From contig JAZSHA010000019.1 of the NCBI GenBank assembly GCA_045533025.1, forward strand, positions 1 through 43,655: DNA of 43,655 nt, written 5' to 3'. Origin of the DNA: Oscillospiraceae bacterium (lineage in GTDB: Bacteria; Bacillota; Clostridia; Oscillospirales; Ruminococcaceae). This document shows positions 15,960 to 24,800 of the stretch, piece after piece (positions within the stretch are counted from its first letter, which is position 1; each line of letters begins with the position of its first letter). Position numbers and translations under genes: made by a program. The notes below the pieces were generated by a model that worked only from the letters and a program-made list of their open reading frames with translations, had not been told where the DNA came from and did not search any database.

Positions 15960-15988
15960 ATTTTACCACTTTTTTTGCATAATGTCAA
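15960..15988 (-). promoter_or_regulatory. Near-consensus promoter heading the eight-gene minus-strand operon
   Basis: Minus strand: TTGACA (15988-15983), 17-nt spacer ending in TGG (extended -10), TAAAAT (15965-15960). This lies about 30 nt upstream of the alarmone synthetase ATG. Confidence 0.65.
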
Positions 15989-16080
15989 CAACGTGCCGAT
16001 ACATAACTTTCTTGTAATATAACTGCACAAACCGCTGAAAATAGGAATAGAACAAATTTGAAGGAATAAGGAGAAGTAAA

Positions 16081-16470
16081 ATGCCGAGAGCTGTTGAAGA
16101 TTTTATCGTTTTTCTTTTCGGCGGAGTAATCTACTCGCTGATTGAGGTTGCCTTCCGAGGCTTTACACACTGGAGTATGACGCTGACAGGAGGCTTATGC
16201 CTTCTGATAATGTTCCGCCATTTCACAGCAAAGCCCCACGAGCCGCTGGTGATGAAATGTCTTTTCGGAGCAATCACAATTACCGCACTGGAATTTGCCG
16301 CAGGGTGTATAGTAAACCTATGGCTTGGCTGGGGAGTATGGGACTATTCGGGAATGATGTTCAACCTTTTCGGACAGATATGCCTGCCGTTTTCGGTGCT
16401 GTGGTTTTTCCTGTCGGTGCCTGCTGTACTGATTTGTAACTATTTGGGCAGGCGCTTTTCCGAAATGTAA
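16081..16470 (+). CDS. Small polytopic membrane protein (resembles the 'putative ABC-transporter type IV' / CmpB-like family)
   Basis: 129 aa, about 4 TM, GWGVWDYSGMMFNLFGQICLPFSVLWF motif. Ribosome-binding site AAGGAGAAG upstream. Confidence 0.6.
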   Translation: MPRAVEDFIVFLFGGVIYSLIEVAFRGFTHWSMTLTGGLCLLIMFRHFTAKPHEPLVMKCLFGAITITALEFAAGCIVNLWLGWGVWDYSGMMFNLFGQICLPFSVLWFFLSVPAVLICNYLGRRFSEM

Positions 16471-16491
16471 CCATTTGTAATTTTACTGTTA

Positions 16492-16521
16492 TTGCAGGGC
16501 AAATCAGTACAGTGGTATAAT
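16492..16521 (+). promoter_or_regulatory. Promoter for the tandem lipoprotein genes
   Basis: TTGCAG (16492-16497), 18-nt spacer ending in TGG, TATAAT (16516-16521). Confidence 0.55.
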
Positions 16522-16556
16522 TTTCTTACAATCAGTAATTATTGGGGGTAACCTTT

Positions 16557-17591
16557 ATGAATAAGAAAATTACAGCCATTGTGCTTTCTGCCATGATTCT
16601 TACAGCCTGCAATGCTGAAGAAAAAGAACAGCAGGTTACGGGGACTGTAACCGAAATTTCTCTTACCGAAATTATCACCGAAGATAACTTTCCCGAGCCT
16701 GAGCTTGATAAGGAACCCGAACTTATCAAGCTTGCACTTTATAGTCCGTTCAGTGATAATGATAAGATTGTTCTTGATGACGATTTGCGTGAGGAACTTG
16801 TGAGAATTGCCGAAGAAGAGGTTGAAAGGAGTCTTTCTTATGAAATCACTCACCTTTCCGAGTCACCAAAGGATACTTACATATTAAGCTACAGTGAAGA
16901 TAAATTTGAAGCAATGGTTATTCCATATGAACGATATACTGAAGGATTTTTAATTTATTTTCCCGTTTTTATCAAGGAAGATGGACAATGGATTTGTGAC
17001 AGCTGTGAAACAAAGCGATATTATATATACGAATACTCAATGCTTTATGAAATTCTGGTGCTGAACCTTGATAAGTGGAATTCAATTCTCATCGGTAATG
17101 TTGACAAAAGTGCTCCGTCAGTAATAATCGGAGATGAGGAGTACAAGCCTGCTGATACAGGAATGACCATTGATGAAATGCGTGAATTTTTTGACAGCAA
17201 TCTCAGCGAAGAAATCAGTGAGAAATACAAGAAAAAATATATTGATGATGCTTACGGAATGCTTGACGGAAAGCTTTACCGTAAATGTTCCGAGCCTGAA
17301 TGGATACTCCCCGAAGCACAGCTTGATGTATTTAATCTAAATGGGAGCTCGTGGCATGAACCTGTGCCGAACAAACAGTTTCCGTTTGAATATCACAATT
17401 GGATAAGCGTAGATTTCCTCAATCCCAACAGCGGCAGAATAATGCCTAGATATGGCTTTTATCTGCACGTAAGCAGAGCGGATGAAATTTTTTACTATGA
17501 TAAGGAAAACGAAGAGCCCATTTTTCCGATTTATGACCGATATATTAAAAGTGAGCTTCCCATATTACCTAAAATGGAGGCAACAGAATGA
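16557..17591 (+). CDS. Lipoprotein, paralog 1 of a tandem family (shortest member)
   Basis: Start refined to ATG 16557, with GGGGGT upstream. Lipobox ILTAC|NAEEKEQQVTG. Shares the N-terminal block and the C-terminal TGMTIDEMREFF...LDGKLYRK motifs with paralogs 2 and 3. Confidence 0.75.
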   Translation: MNKKITAIVLSAMILTACNAEEKEQQVTGTVTEISLTEIITEDNFPEPELDKEPELIKLALYSPFSDNDKIVLDDDLREELVRIAEEEVERSLSYEITHLSESPKDTYILSYSEDKFEAMVIPYERYTEGFLIYFPVFIKEDGQWICDSCETKRYYIYEYSMLYEILVLNLDKWNSILIGNVDKSAPSVIIGDEEYKPADTGMTIDEMREFFDSNLSEEISEKYKKKYIDDAYGMLDGKLYRKCSEPEWILPEAQLDVFNLNGSSWHEPVPNKQFPFEYHNWISVDFLNPNSGRIMPRYGFYLHVSRADEIFYYDKENEEPIFPIYDRYIKSELPILPKMEATE

Positions 17592-18952
17592 AAAAGATAA
17601 TTTGCATAACCCTCTCTGCCCTGCTTCTCACAGCTTGTCACGCTGAAGAAAAAGAACAGCAGGTTACGGGCACAACACCTGACGAAACATCTATTACAAC
17701 CTCACTTACACTGACGGAGATTGTTACAGAGGAAATACCGTTTATTCCCGAGGAGGAAGAAAAGCAGGAAGTTATTGAACTTGCGGTTTTTGACCCATTT
17801 GAGGACTCGGTTGCGGTTGAGGACGAGGTTTATCGTGAGCTTTCCGAGGCTGTAGAAAGAATTTCTGACGGACGTGCATTTTTGTACAGCAATCCGACAG
17901 GCTTTTTCAGCAATTACAGCACACATCAATCCCGATATTATTCAACCTATGCTGATAAGGATAATGTCCTTGAAGACAACATAGAACTTGAATATTATTT
18001 TTGTCCGCTTAATCCCGAAATTGCGGAAACAGAAGAAGAATTGTTTGGATACATACGCAGTATTTTTACTGAAAATATGCATACAGATGAGGAAATAATG
18101 GAGCTTCTTTTTGCAATCGGAAGCTATGACAATCAACCGTGCTATAAGATGATTGATGACAAGCTGTGCATAAAATGTCTGCACGGTGCCCCAGGTGTTA
18201 TGTCAGCTATTGATTTCAGCGCAGTTAATGTGGTTTCTTATGACGAAAATCGTGCTGTGGTACAAAGTGAGGCATCAAGCCTTGATTATCCCGACCCCGT
18301 AGTTACTATGACGCTTGTCAAGTCAGAGGAGTATGGCTGGCGACTTGACAGCATTGAATTCAAGGATTACTACATTGAGGAAGCAACACTTCTTTACAAT
18401 GGTGTAAAACTTCGTGAGGAACAGCTCAACGCTATTCTCGGCGGCGGTACACAGCCCGAAAATCCAAGGACAACCACTGTTGACGGTGAAAGCTACACTG
18501 AAACTAAAACGGGTATGAGTCTTAACGAAATGCAGGAATTTTTCGCTGAAACATTCTGTGAATACATCTTGAATTATCAATATGCTTTTGAAAACAATGA
18601 TTACGAAAACGCAAAAAGCGTACCCTTACGTGACAAGTACATAACTAAATACATTGACAACGTATATTATGAACTTGATGGTACTCTTTACCGTAAGGAC
18701 AGTGCACCAAAATGGTATACACCTGAATTAATAATAAATCCTTACGGAGAAATGAAGCAGTCGGGCGGCGGAGCAAAGATTGACAGCTATTTTGTTATTT
18801 TACAGCCGTACTATGATTTTGTAAAGGACGAGAACTTCAATAAAAATATAACAATAATTTTTGAAGCAGAATATGACGAAAATTATAATTATGAAAGCTG
18901 TTCGTTTATTAATATTGCGTCTGAGATTACGATAAGGGAGATAACAGAATGA
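17588..18952 (+). CDS. Lipoprotein, paralog 2 of the tandem family
   Basis: Lipobox LLTAC|HAEEKEQQVTG; ATGA overlap with paralog 1. Conserved blocks: YGWRLDSIEFKDY, EATLLYNGVKLREEQ, GGTQPENP, TVDGESYTETKTGMSLNEMQEFFAE, YYELDGTLYRKD. Confidence 0.8.
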   Translation: MKKIICITLSALLLTACHAEEKEQQVTGTTPDETSITTSLTLTEIVTEEIPFIPEEEEKQEVIELAVFDPFEDSVAVEDEVYRELSEAVERISDGRAFLYSNPTGFFSNYSTHQSRYYSTYADKDNVLEDNIELEYYFCPLNPEIAETEEELFGYIRSIFTENMHTDEEIMELLFAIGSYDNQPCYKMIDDKLCIKCLHGAPGVMSAIDFSAVNVVSYDENRAVVQSEASSLDYPDPVVTMTLVKSEEYGWRLDSIEFKDYYIEEATLLYNGVKLREEQLNAILGGGTQPENPRTTTVDGESYTETKTGMSLNEMQEFFAETFCEYILNYQYAFENNDYENAKSVPLRDKYITKYIDNVYYELDGTLYRKDSAPKWYTPELIINPYGEMKQSGGGAKIDSYFVILQPYYDFVKDENFNKNITIIFEAEYDENYNYESCSFINIASEITIREITE

Positions 18953-20271
18953 AAAGGATAATTTGCATAGCCCTGTCAGCAGTCTTACTCACTGCTTGCG
19001 GTGCTGAGGAAAAGGAACAACAGGTTACGGGTACAACTCCTGCTGAAACAACAGTTACAACTTCCCTTACACTAACAGAGATTATTACAACGGAAACAAG
19101 TTTTGTACCCGAAGAAACCGAGGAAAAACAGCGAATTGAGATTGCTGTTTTTGACCCATTTGAGAACTCGGTTAAGGTTGAGGACGAGGTTTATCGTGAG
19201 CTTTCTGAGGCGGTGGAGAAGATTTCTGACAGTAACGCATTTCTTAGCGGTAATCTGTCGACAGGACTTCATACGGGTGAATGCTGCCGTTCAAAATATT
19301 ATGATAACTATGCGGATAAAGGAATTGCTTTTTCGGAGGACGGAGAATACGAGCATACATATCATCCGCTTAATCCAGATATCGCCAAAAACGAAGAAGA
19401 ACTTTATGAACGTGTGAGAAGTGCATTTACTGAAAATATGTATACAGATGATGCAATAAGGGAGAGGCTTTTTGCGCCGTTAGTGTACAATGATGACGCA
19501 CCAAACTATAAAACCATTGACGGAACGCTTTGTGTCAATGATGATTATAAAGGAGTAATGACAAAGATTTGTTTCACTCAGTTCAGTATTATTTCGTATG
19601 ATGAAAACCGTGTTAAACTTTCAGCAATGGCAAGAGGTATTGAATATCCATCTCCTAGAGCATTTATGACAATTGTAAAATCCGAGAAATACGGTTGGCG
19701 GCTTGACAGCATTGAATTCAAGGATTACTGGGAGAATGAAGCAACGCTTCTCTATAACGGATTGAAACTTCGTGAAGAACAGTTCAACATAATTTTAAGC
19801 GGTGGCACTCAGCCTGAAAATCCGCTTACAACGATTGTTGACGGAGAAAGCTACACCGAAACAACTACGGGTATGTCATTATCCGAAATGCAGGAGTTTT
19901 TTGCGGAGATGTTCAGCGAGCGTATCCAGCCCGCAAAGCCGAAAACAATAGCTTTGCGTGAGGTTTATACCCAGATGTATATTGATGAGGTTTATTATGA
20001 GCTTGACGGTGTGCTTTACCGAAAAGACAATGCATCGAAGTGGTATTGCCCTGAATTGCAGATTGATCCGTATGATTTAGAAAAAATCTCGTCAGTGTCG
20101 GGAGGTGTTCGTGTTTCGTTTACTGTTAAACCCGAATTTTATGACAAAGTAACTGACGAAACTTTCAGAACAGAGCTTTCTATTACTCACCATATCGATT
20201 TTTACGAAGATTACAAAACCTGTTCATATGTTCAGGTCGCTTCCGAATTACCCATAAAACCCCTTGAATAA
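18949..20271 (+). CDS. Lipoprotein, paralog 3 of the tandem family
   Basis: Lipobox LLTAC|GAEEKEQQVTG; ATGA overlap with paralog 2. It has the same conserved blocks as paralog 2. Confidence 0.8.
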   Translation: MKRIICIALSAVLLTACGAEEKEQQVTGTTPAETTVTTSLTLTEIITTETSFVPEETEEKQRIEIAVFDPFENSVKVEDEVYRELSEAVEKISDSNAFLSGNLSTGLHTGECCRSKYYDNYADKGIAFSEDGEYEHTYHPLNPDIAKNEEELYERVRSAFTENMYTDDAIRERLFAPLVYNDDAPNYKTIDGTLCVNDDYKGVMTKICFTQFSIISYDENRVKLSAMARGIEYPSPRAFMTIVKSEKYGWRLDSIEFKDYWENEATLLYNGLKLREEQFNIILSGGTQPENPLTTIVDGESYTETTTGMSLSEMQEFFAEMFSERIQPAKPKTIALREVYTQMYIDEVYYELDGVLYRKDNASKWYCPELQIDPYDLEKISSVSGGVRVSFTVKPEFYDKVTDETFRTELSITHHIDFYEDYKTCSYVQVASELPIKPLE

Positions 20272-20292
20272 CCGGCAAAAATATGCTATAAT
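20264..20292 (+). promoter_or_regulatory. Candidate promoter overlapping the end of paralog 3
   Basis: TTGAAT (20264-20269), 17-nt spacer, TATAAT (20287-20292) preceded by TGC (extended -10). Confidence 0.5.
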
Positions 20293-20321
20293 TAATCCAA
20301 CACTTGAAAAGGATTGATTTT

Positions 20322-20720
20322 ATGGATAAAAGCGAGCGTGTGTTTAAAATCCCCGAGTTTGAATATTTCGATATGGGCGGAAAATACAGCGGCAACAAGA
20401 GGGGCACGTCCGAGGACGATTTCAATTACCATATCATACCCAAGGACGATATCCGTGTTGAGATATGGTACGGCATAAACGCTTTCGACCTGTCTGAAAT
20501 TGTTTCGGAGCAGGTGTTTGAAAAGACCCGTGACGGCTACCACGCTATGCTTGACTGGATTGAGGAGCAGTTTCAGCTTTGGAGCAAGGAGCACAAGCTG
20601 CTGGATAAGAAGCTGGGCACCTGGACTATCCTCGAAAAGGACAGATTTTTCGTAATTTCCGGCAAGCGTGATGATGAACTTACTCCCGAGGAATGGGAAC
20701 ACTTTACATCGTTTGAATAA
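20322..20720 (+). CDS. Hypothetical cytoplasmic protein
   Basis: ATG 20322 with AAAGGA upstream is preferred over the track's TTG 20304, which would lie almost at the predicted transcription start. No motif recognised. Confidence 0.55.
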   Translation: MDKSERVFKIPEFEYFDMGGKYSGNKRGTSEDDFNYHIIPKDDIRVEIWYGINAFDLSEIVSEQVFEKTRDGYHAMLDWIEEQFQLWSKEHKLLDKKLGTWTILEKDRFFVISGKRDDELTPEEWEHFTSFE

Positions 20721-20724
20721 ATAA

Positions 20725-20751
20725 AAAGGGTACTGCGGTGCAGTGCCCTTT
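20725..20751 (+). terminator. Hairpin after the hypothetical gene, a possible terminator
   Basis: AAAGGGTACTGC (20725-20736), loop GGT, GCAGTGCCCTTT (20740-20751), with one G-U pair. The tail TAGTTGCTTT is only moderately T-rich. Confidence 0.45.
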
Positions 20752-20780
20752 AGTTGCTTTATAATGAAAGGATGGTTGCT

Positions 20781-21767
20781 ATGGATAAGGTTACAAACTG
20801 GGGAATTATGGCTACAGGAAAGATTGCACACACCTTTGCAAAAGCTGTCAATTCTGTTGAGGACGCACGTCTTTATGCGTGTGCTTCAAGAAGTACAGAA
20901 AAGGCTGCCGAATTCGGTGCATTATACGGCGCTGAAAGATGCTACGGCAGCTACGAGGAGCTTGCCGCTGACGAAAACGTTGATATCATCTACGTTGCCT
21001 CGCCTATGAGCTGTCACTATGAAAATGTAAAGCTTTGTTTTGAGCACGGCAAGAATGTACTGTGCGAAAAGAGCATTACCTTAAACAGCAAGCAGCTTCG
21101 TGAGCTGATTGAAATTGCAAGGGAAAAGAACCTTTTCTTTATGGAGGCTATGTGGACAAAGTGTCTGCCTGCCTTCCGCAAGGCTAAGGAATGGGTTGCC
21201 GAGGGCAAAATTGGTGAAATCAAGGCTATTCGTGCGGACTTTTCAAATGCTGTTGACTTTGATGAAAATGACAGACTTTTCCGTCCCGAGCTTGGCGGCG
21301 GAGCGCTTCTCGATTTGAGCGTTTATCCGTTGAGCTTCATCACTTCTTTCCTTGGCTTCAAGCCTGAAAAAATTACTTCCGCAGTTAACATTGACAAGCT
21401 TGGAGTTGATATGGACGAGGCTGTTATTATGCAGTACAAAAATGCTTATGCAAGCTTTGTAAGCGGCTTTGATATTGACAACGAAAATCGTGCGGTAATC
21501 GTTGGCACAGAGGGTAGAATTGCGTTTAATCCATGGTTTTTCTGCGCAGATACAGTACGCCTTTACGGCAAGGACAACAGACTCGTTGAGGAAAGCATTA
21601 CTCCTCACCTCTGTAACGGCTATGAACATGAAATTATGGAGGCTCAGAATTGTCTCTCTGACGGGCTCAAGGAGAGCAGAATTATTCCCCTTTCCGATAC
21701 CCTTGCCATTATGGAAATAATGGACTCGCTGAGAAAGGAATGGGGCTTCGCATATCCCGAGGAATAA
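20781..21767 (+). CDS. Gfo/Idh/MocA-family NAD(P)-dependent oxidoreductase
   Basis: Start refined to ATG 20781, with AAAGGATGG upstream. N-terminal Rossmann segment WGIMATGKIAHTFA and a VLCEKS motif (EKP-type). Confidence 0.85.
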   Translation: MDKVTNWGIMATGKIAHTFAKAVNSVEDARLYACASRSTEKAAEFGALYGAERCYGSYEELAADENVDIIYVASPMSCHYENVKLCFEHGKNVLCEKSITLNSKQLRELIEIAREKNLFFMEAMWTKCLPAFRKAKEWVAEGKIGEIKAIRADFSNAVDFDENDRLFRPELGGGALLDLSVYPLSFITSFLGFKPEKITSAVNIDKLGVDMDEAVIMQYKNAYASFVSGFDIDNENRAVIVGTEGRIAFNPWFFCADTVRLYGKDNRLVEESITPHLCNGYEHEIMEAQNCLSDGLKESRIIPLSDTLAIMEIMDSLRKEWGFAYPEE

Positions 21768-21798
21768 GTTATTTTTTGTAAAATGAGCTGTTTTCCTA

Positions 21799-21827
21799 TT
21801 GTCTTTTCCGCTTTAATATGGTATAAT
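21799..21827 (+). promoter_or_regulatory. Promoter for the hybrid sensor kinase gene
   Basis: TTGTCT (21799-21804), 17-nt spacer ending in TGG, TATAAT (21822-21827). Confidence 0.55.
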
Positions 21828-21861
21828 GTAAAATAATATACTTGAAAATAAAGGTGTTTTT

Positions 21862-24800
21862 ATGAAAAGCAATAAAAATAAATCGGGCGAAAGAACTCCG
21901 CTTATGCGGAAAATGATTATTCCTCTGCTTGCGGTTACAATACTACAGGCTGTTATTTTCTATTTTTCAATGTCGGTTTCAGATACCGCCGACGAGCTGA
22001 ATTCAACAAGCGAGTCGCTTCTTGCGGAGAGCTCCGCAAAACGTGCGTTGTATGTGGAAACGGAAATGACAAAGAAATGGAACAGCATCTCCCCTATTAC
22101 AAGAGCTGCTGACAAGGCATATACCGCTGTCGCATCAAAGTATGCACTTTCAGTAAAGGAATTTCTCGGCAGCGATAAGTATACATCTGATTTTCTTACA
22201 GATATTTCCGATGATATACTTGCAGCCCTGCGTATAAATTCCGCTGATGGTGCTTTCTTTGTTCTTGCAAATTCAACTGATGCTCCTGACAAAAAAGAGC
22301 AGTCAAGCTACCGAGGAATACTGTTCAATGACTCTGACCCCGACTACACTCCTGACGATTACTCGGATATGGTTATGGTAAGGGGCTCATCAAAGATTGC
22401 TGACGAATATTCAGTATCACTGGATATGAACTGGACGGATAAATTCAGATATTTACCCGACAGCAGCAATATGGACTATTTCTTTGTCCCTGCTGCTGCC
22501 GCATCTGAAAACCCGTATGTTTCTTCGGACAAGCTCGGCTACTGGAGCAGACCTTTTTATCTCACCGAACGCAATAACTTCCACGGAGATATGATTATTG
22601 CTTATTCCGAGCCTGTCATAATCGACAACACTCTTATCGGAACGGCAGGTATTACTGTCTCCGTTGACCGTATAGAAAACCTGCTGCCCTCAACCGAAGC
22701 TACAGGCAGCGATAACGGCTGTTATGCACTGCTTTCATACAGTGAGGGGAATAACTACATAACCATAGACGGCGTATCGGAAACCAACAACGGTCTTGAA
22801 CAGTATACTCAGAAAAAAATCAAATTTGTTTCTTCCAAAAACAGCAAGCTGAAAAAAATCAATGATGTAAAAATCAACGGTTCGCAGGCATACTGTGCTT
22901 ATACCGACCTTAATCTCTATCCGGAAGACTCGCCGTATGAACGGGAAAAATGGGCTATCGGCGTTGTTGACAGCGCTGACGAGATTTACACCGACTCAAG
23001 CTCTTTCAGAACGAGGCTTGTTATTGCGTTGCTTTTTTCGATTGCTGTCGGAACAGCAACTGTTTATTTTACGGCAAAATACAGTGCCAAGCCGCTTAAT
23101 GAGCTTGTCAAGAAGATAAAGACTGTCGGAACAAATGATGTTATTGATATTGTCAGCACAGATATTTCCGAGATACACGCTCTTTCTGAAACTCTCAACG
23201 AGCTTAGCTCAAAGCGAACAAAATATCAGAATGAACTTATTACTGAGCGTGAACGATACCTGCTGGCACTGAAAAATATCAATGAAAATATACTTGAATA
23301 TGACTGCGCAACTGACATATTCTATATGCACTATTTCCGCGGCGAAGATAAAAACGGAAATATCACAACCAATCAATATCCGAATTTCAGAAAGCGTGTA
23401 ACCGACGGCGAAATCTGCCATAAGGACTACATCAGTACAATGCTTGACTTTACAAACGGGCTTGTAAAAGAAAGTGGAACTTATTTCAAAATCAAAGCTC
23501 CCGGAACTGAAGAAAAATATATCTGGACATTTGCAAGAAGCAGAAACGTATATGACAATGAAGGAAATCTTATAAGAATAATTGCCAGCGCAAGAGACGT
23601 TACAGCCGAAAAGGAACTGGAACAGCGACGCCTTGACGCTGAACGTCGTGACCCTGTTACAAAATTCTATACGTCGGAGTACGGCGAAATTCTTCTTTCA
23701 AGATTTATTATGGAGCACAATTCCGACTCCGCTATATCGGCCATAGTCAGAATTGTGGGACTGGACAATATGCTTAACCACTACGGTCAGACCTTCTGTT
23801 CGGCTGTTCTGGAGGAAATAGCTGACGTTATCCGCCGCAATACCCCTGAAAATTATGTTGTATACAGGGGCGGAATGGACGAGTTCGTTATGATTACCAC
23901 TCTTACCTCAAGAGATGAAGCAAGAACCTTTTTCAGAAAGCTTATTGATGAAATTGCAGGAATATACAACAACGAAAGTCTCAAGCTTGAAAGCGTCGTG
24001 GGGGCATATCTGCGTATGCAGGACGAGCCTATGTCGGCTTCAAAGCTGAAAACACGATTTGCTTCTGCGGCGGCATATAAATTCCGTGACGAATTCGGCG
24101 GCATAGTTTTTGCAGACGAGGTAACAAACAAGGCTGATTTCGTTCAGGATTTCAGAAATGTAGGTCCTCACAGATTTATGCCGTTCGGCAACGTAAAACT
24201 TGAAGAGGTAACGGATATTATTTCCTTTGCGTTTAACATTTTTGAAAAAACGGACGATATACGGATTGCGCTTGAGGTATTCATGAAAAAAGCAGGACGT
24301 ATGCTGGGTATGGACCGCATAATCATATTCGATATGAACAGCGAATATTACACGGTAAGACCAACTGTTCAGTGGAATGCTCCCGATATGGCGGCGCTTG
24401 AAGTGAAAAATTATTTTTCGGGCAAGGCTGCATATACTGAATTTGAAAGCAGATTTGACGGCGTGGAATACAAGCCTACGGACAAGGTTATTTTTGAAAG
24501 AAACACTGTCGGGGAAGGAAAAACCGCTTCCGACGGAACAGCATATTCCGTCCCGATGACAGACAATGACCGATTTACAGGAGTTATAGTTTATGAGCTG
24601 CACGACAAGAATGACGATGAGGGAATGATTGCTTGTCTCTGTGAGCTGACAAAGATTGTGTCGGCTTATATTTCCAAGTCAAAAACAACCCGTGAAAGCC
24701 GTGCAAAAAGCGAATTCCTTTCAAAAATGTCCCACGAAATCAGAACTCCGATGAACGCTATTATCGGTATGACAGCCATTGCTATGTCATCGGATAATGT

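Noticed and set aside
16483-16548. Imperfect inverted repeats (TTACTGTTATTG / CAATCAGTAA) flanking the lipoprotein promoter, considered as an invertible phase-variation switch
   Set aside because: The repeats are only about 40 bp apart, are imperfect, and overlap the -35 box. No recombinase gene is nearby.
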